DNA of 48,393 nucleotides, taken from positions 1 through 48,393 of the forward strand of contig MU006034.1 in the NCBI GenBank assembly GCA_010093745.1. Direction: 5' to 3'. The stretch's first letter is position 1; each line of letters starts with the position of its first letter. This DNA is from Piedraia hortae CBS 480.64. Lineage: Eukaryota. Positions 44,604 to 48,393 of the stretch are shown piece after piece. The notes beneath the pieces are model-generated. The model made no database searches, was not told the origin of the DNA, and saw nothing but the letters and a program-made list of their open reading frames with translations. The position numbers were made by a program, and so were the translations under genes.

Positions 44604-45551
44604 TTAACAAATTCTCCTCGGCCACGATGGGAGGGGCAACCTATGCCTTTCCTGTCTAACCTCCGTATAACACCTCCTTCCCATCGCAATCAAATCCGCC
44701 TTCGTCGGCCTATCCCTTTTCCTCGTCGCCAACGAATCCAATATAAGCCTCATGATTCCGGGGTCATCCGTAGCCGGATACATACTCAACCTTTTCCTAA
44801 CCTCATCCCTCCCATTTGCCAGTCTTCCCCGATTAAACAATGTTGTGGTGACGACCTCCCACAACGTAGCCCCAAACCCAAAGATATCCGATTCAGCAGT
44901 CATCACACACAACCTATCCGCAGCCTCCGGAGTCGTCTCATATCGCCAGGCTTCGGGAGGGGTGTATCTCATGGTGCCCGACACACCTCTTGAGTTTCTC
45001 TCGAGACACGCCAGTCCAAAATCCCCCAACACGATTTCCGGTAACTCCGGTATGTCCGATCTACGGTTCCAGCGCAGGAAGACATTGCCTGGCTTAATAT
45101 CGTTATGGATAACTGTCTTGTGTCCCGGCTCTACCCGCCCGGATTCGTGAATGTTGCGGATCCCGTGGTGGATGTACATCAAGGCCGAGACGAGGCTGGC
45201 AATGAAGTGTTTGATAAAGATTCGCGGCATGGCTTCCGGTCTGCGCTTCTGCCAGTGCTCAATCATTCTGTTGAGGTCCCCGCCGTTGCAGCATTCGAAA
45301 ACCAAATCCCATTTGCTGCCGTGGCTGTGGGAGGAGAAGCCCTGGAGGGTTATGATGTTTGTGTGTGGGCAGAGGATGTTGTAGAGGAAGATGATTTCAA
45401 GAGGGCGTTGTTGGCGGCTGCTGGAGGTGGAGCGGATGGTTTTGATAACGACAAATTTTCCCGTAGTTTCGTTTTGGGCCAAACGTGCCTGCCCGCCGCC
45501 TGTGCGGCCAAAGTGCCGGATGATGCAGTATACAACTGGACTATTCGGCAT
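44604..45551 (-). CDS. Ser/Thr protein kinase (divergent, NimA/NEK-like fold), apparently intact
   Basis: Motifs FGRTGGGQA, VVIK, FECCNGGDL, IHNDIKPGNVFL, LGDFGLA, GTMRYTPPE and SDIFGFG. First ATG at 45551; the ORF track starts it at TTG 45677. Confidence 0.85.
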   Translation of the reverse strand: MPNSPVVYCIIRHFGRTGGGQARLAQNETTGKFVVIKTIRSTSSSRQQRPLEIIFLYNILCPHTNIITLQGFSSHSHGSKWDLVFECCNGGDLNRMIEHWQKRRPEAMPRIFIKHFIASLVSALMYIHHGIRNIHESGRVEPGHKTVIHNDIKPGNVFLRWNRRSDIPELPEIVLGDFGLACLERNSRGVSGTMRYTPPEAWRYETTPEAADRLCVMTAESDIFGFGATLWEVVTTTLFNRGRLANGRDEVRKRLSMYPATDDPGIMRLILDSLATRKRDRPTKADLIAMGRRCYTEVRQERHRLPLPSWPRRIC

Positions 45552-46142
45552 GATCGACGGTTTGTGGCAAGAAAAGGCTTTCTTTGAGGTAAACTGCGCT
45601 TGGAATAAGGGTATTTTCTGGTAAGGCAAAGGTGCTTCATAGCGTGGTGGTATTAAAATGAATGGCCTTGGTGCCAATCTAGTGCTTGAGCAAATGCTTA
45701 CGATTCACCTTTGTCAAAACTGTGCAACTGAGTGAAGGCGTCAAAGTCGTTGTGGCTGCTGAGCAGTTGCCGTAATGGGCATTGAAGCCCTCCAGTCCTT
45801 GAGATTATCTCCCTGACGAGACATTCTACCGCCTAAAGGCCATGACGCCAAAAATTTTTGGTAATGCTCTTGCCAGTCAGGTACAGCACCGCAGTCGCCA
45901 TTTATGCATAGTCCAAATGAAGTCCATCATTGCTGCCCAATCTTGCATCCTCCGGCGATTAAGTTGCCGTGCCGCCCAGCGGGAAAGCCATGATGCGGTA
46001 AGGTTGGGCGTTCAGGCATCACTACCAAACCTACGCTCTGTCGTCGTGGAGAGAGTGAATATAAGGCGAAAGCCAAAGGGCAGGAAAGTTTTCACACCAT
46101 CGTGATACTGCCTGCCCAATTAGTGCCATAAGCAATAACAAG

Positions 46143-47945
46143 TTAATCGTCAGGATAATCATCGCGAATGTTGCTAACGAATCGCCCCAGTTTCTTATCC
46201 CACCGTTTGAACCATTTCCCCGCTTTCATCATGATTTCATCGCATGGCCTCTCAGATATGGGCAGGATATTTTCTTCCGCCACGTAGCGTGAACTATGGT
46301 CCGCTGCACTGTATCCGGCAATCAGCAACCAGATCAAACAAGTACATGCAACTTACACAACATTGTAAAACGGCTGTCCTCTACCTCCGGGTAAAAGGTC
46401 AACTCCCATGTGTGTGATCCAGTCGGAGTTGGCGGAGCAGTGGGGGTCCCATCCCACTATCACACCCTGATAGTGGTACCTTCTATGGATGAACACGGTG
46501 CCAATTTGAAATTTGATCTTGTTCTCCGGAGTCCTGTAGCATGGTCTGCGTTTCGCGCCGTCATTGTCGCGAAGGTCCTTGATGTGGTCCATGACATCGT
46601 GAAAACGATACTCGTTCCGAAAGGTGGGGTCGACCAGCTGGGAGAATAACAAACTGTCCTCGGGAAAATGTTCTTGCACCTGCTGGTCGAGATGCACAAG
46701 ACATGTACGTCGGGGAGTGAGTGAGCGCCTGGGCAGCAGCGGGTCTTCGATGATAAGGATGGACCAGAGCATGGCATACCAAGCACATTCGCGGTTAGGG
46801 AACACATTACTGGCCGTGATCTGGATCGATTGTATGATATTTCTCGTCACGCGGAGTGTGATCGCATGTACCCCGGCAGGACGCATGTAAAGACTGTGGC
46901 GAGTCGGCGGTACTTGCAACACTGCTAGACGATGTGAGAGGTCATTGGCATCGACTTCTGCCGAGGACCGTGATGGATCCATATACATGACGTGCGAGGA
47001 GTTGAAATAGTCCAAGAATGATGTTTCCATCGGCTTGCCATCCAAGTCGAAATCTCCTTGGGCTTCAATCACTGCAAGCACGTGCTCTGGAAAGTTTGAC
47101 GGCATCGCATTCAATCCCAGCCGCTTGGCAACAGCACAGTATATTGCAGCGGACTGAAGCGGGAGGCATTCGAATGGCTCCTCGAATAGTGCTAGACTGA
47201 TGAAATTATTGCGCAAATCATGGTATTCGTCTACCAACGGGATACCCGCTATGCGCTCGGTCCTCATGGCTTCTGCCAGCAGCAAAGCTTTCTTCCGCGG
47301 ACTCAGCTTATCGAAATTGTCATTTTTAGCCCGAACCATGGCTGCTATCGAATCCAATTTACGCTTGATATCGTCCACTGTGTACCTCCCTGAAAGCACA
47401 AAGGTGTCGAAGGCTCCCAGAGCCTCTTCAAGGCTGACATTATCAGGCTGATTGCGCAATTTGAACCAGATGCCCAATGCGTCCCTGCGGTGAATTGCAC
47501 CCACAACCAGGTTCGCATGATACGTTCGCGCAAGGTAGTCTTCTGCATCTTCAGGTGTATGGTCTCTCAGCCACAACATCACGTCTTTGACGTCGTATCC
47601 CTCTGAAGATATACTGCCCATTCTCGCGGTACGCCATCGCTGCGTCTTGAGCGCCTGACTGAATGTCTGCAACGCATTTCTATCGATGGTCTTGCGCTCA
47701 AGAAAGAGCTCTCGCCACTCTGTTTGGAGCAGAGGCTGCTTCAGGCGCTTCTGCAGTACGTGTCTTTCATTCCAGTACTTCCAAACTTCAACACAGTGCT
47801 TTCGCCATAGTACTTGTTGGTTTGTGATCGCATGCGCCAGGCGACACGTTGCTCCAAAAGCTGCCGTGTCTTCTGGCGATAGATAGCGTGCGATTGAGTC
47901 TATAAGTTCCTCAGGAAGCTTTTGCAAGTGCTGACCAGTAGCCAT
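46143..47945 (-). CDS. F-box + transglutaminase-like + YccV/HspQ domain protein (FBXO21-like); 2 exons
   Basis: F-box LQKLPEELIDSIARYL; LPLQSAAIYCAVAKRLGL..PSNFPEHV; KFQIGTVFIHRRYHYQGVIVGWD...QPFYNVV. The intron at 46309-46356 leads to AADHSSRYVAEENI...FVSNIRDDYPDD. Confidence 0.88.
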
Positions 47946-48393
47946 GGCTTGGTTCGATGTCGCAATGAATGACGGATGTAGAAATGCTGCCTGAGGCAGC
48001 CACGTGACCGTTTGTCCATGACCGAGTGACGTCTGTCATCATCATGTGACCCACGACTATCAGTCATGGCTTGGATGTCGTGTGCTGGTCAAACTGGATG
48101 GTTAAGAACTCGTCACTAGATTGGGATGAACTAACCTAGATGCCGGAATCAAGTAGAAAAACTCATCATGCCCCGCTTAGGCCATGACCAACAAGGAAGT
48201 TCAAAGAACACATCGAACCATGTATCACACAGACCAACTCGTAGATAAGACTCTTATTACTCCCTTTTCGTCCATGTCATCTCTCAAGCCCGATGCAACT
48301 CTTTCTTTGTCGTGACACAAAGAGTGAGCCTTTTGTTGTGAATATGCGGTATATTACGCGCATTATTAGTAACCGTCGCTCGGCTCTCGACTT

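Overview
A 48 kb window from a compact, gene-dense filamentous ascomycete genome. It has very short GT-AG introns (about 40-60 nt) with CTAAC/CTGAC branch points; a Dothideomycete origin is inferred, not shown. About 17 intact genes are present: DPB2, a secreted tyrosinase, RPL27, a ~2,100-aa coiled-coil protein, a CRAL/TRIO CSR1-like protein, DAM1, an SLM1-like BAR-PH protein, EXO1, TMA16, an MTM1-like carrier, SWF1, HRT3, a KH-like/flavin-reductase fusion, MRPL36, LDB17, a secreted Cys-loop repeat glycoprotein, a Ser/Thr kinase and an FBXO21-like protein. Between them lie decayed transposon relics: a Ty3/gypsy RT, a MULE transposase, a CMC/EnSpm-like transposase, a Helitron, and two solo LTRs of one family, each with an intact 5-bp TSD. 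There is also a disrupted kinase gene. The most unusual signal is a recurring 1-2 kb compositional unit, a C/A-rich block followed abruptly by a G/T-rich block, which runs through coding and non-coding DNA alike and flips synonymous codon choice in mid-gene. I found no convincing novel multi-gene system. The best leads are this skew pattern, the KH-like + flavin reductase fusion, and the secreted repeat protein.
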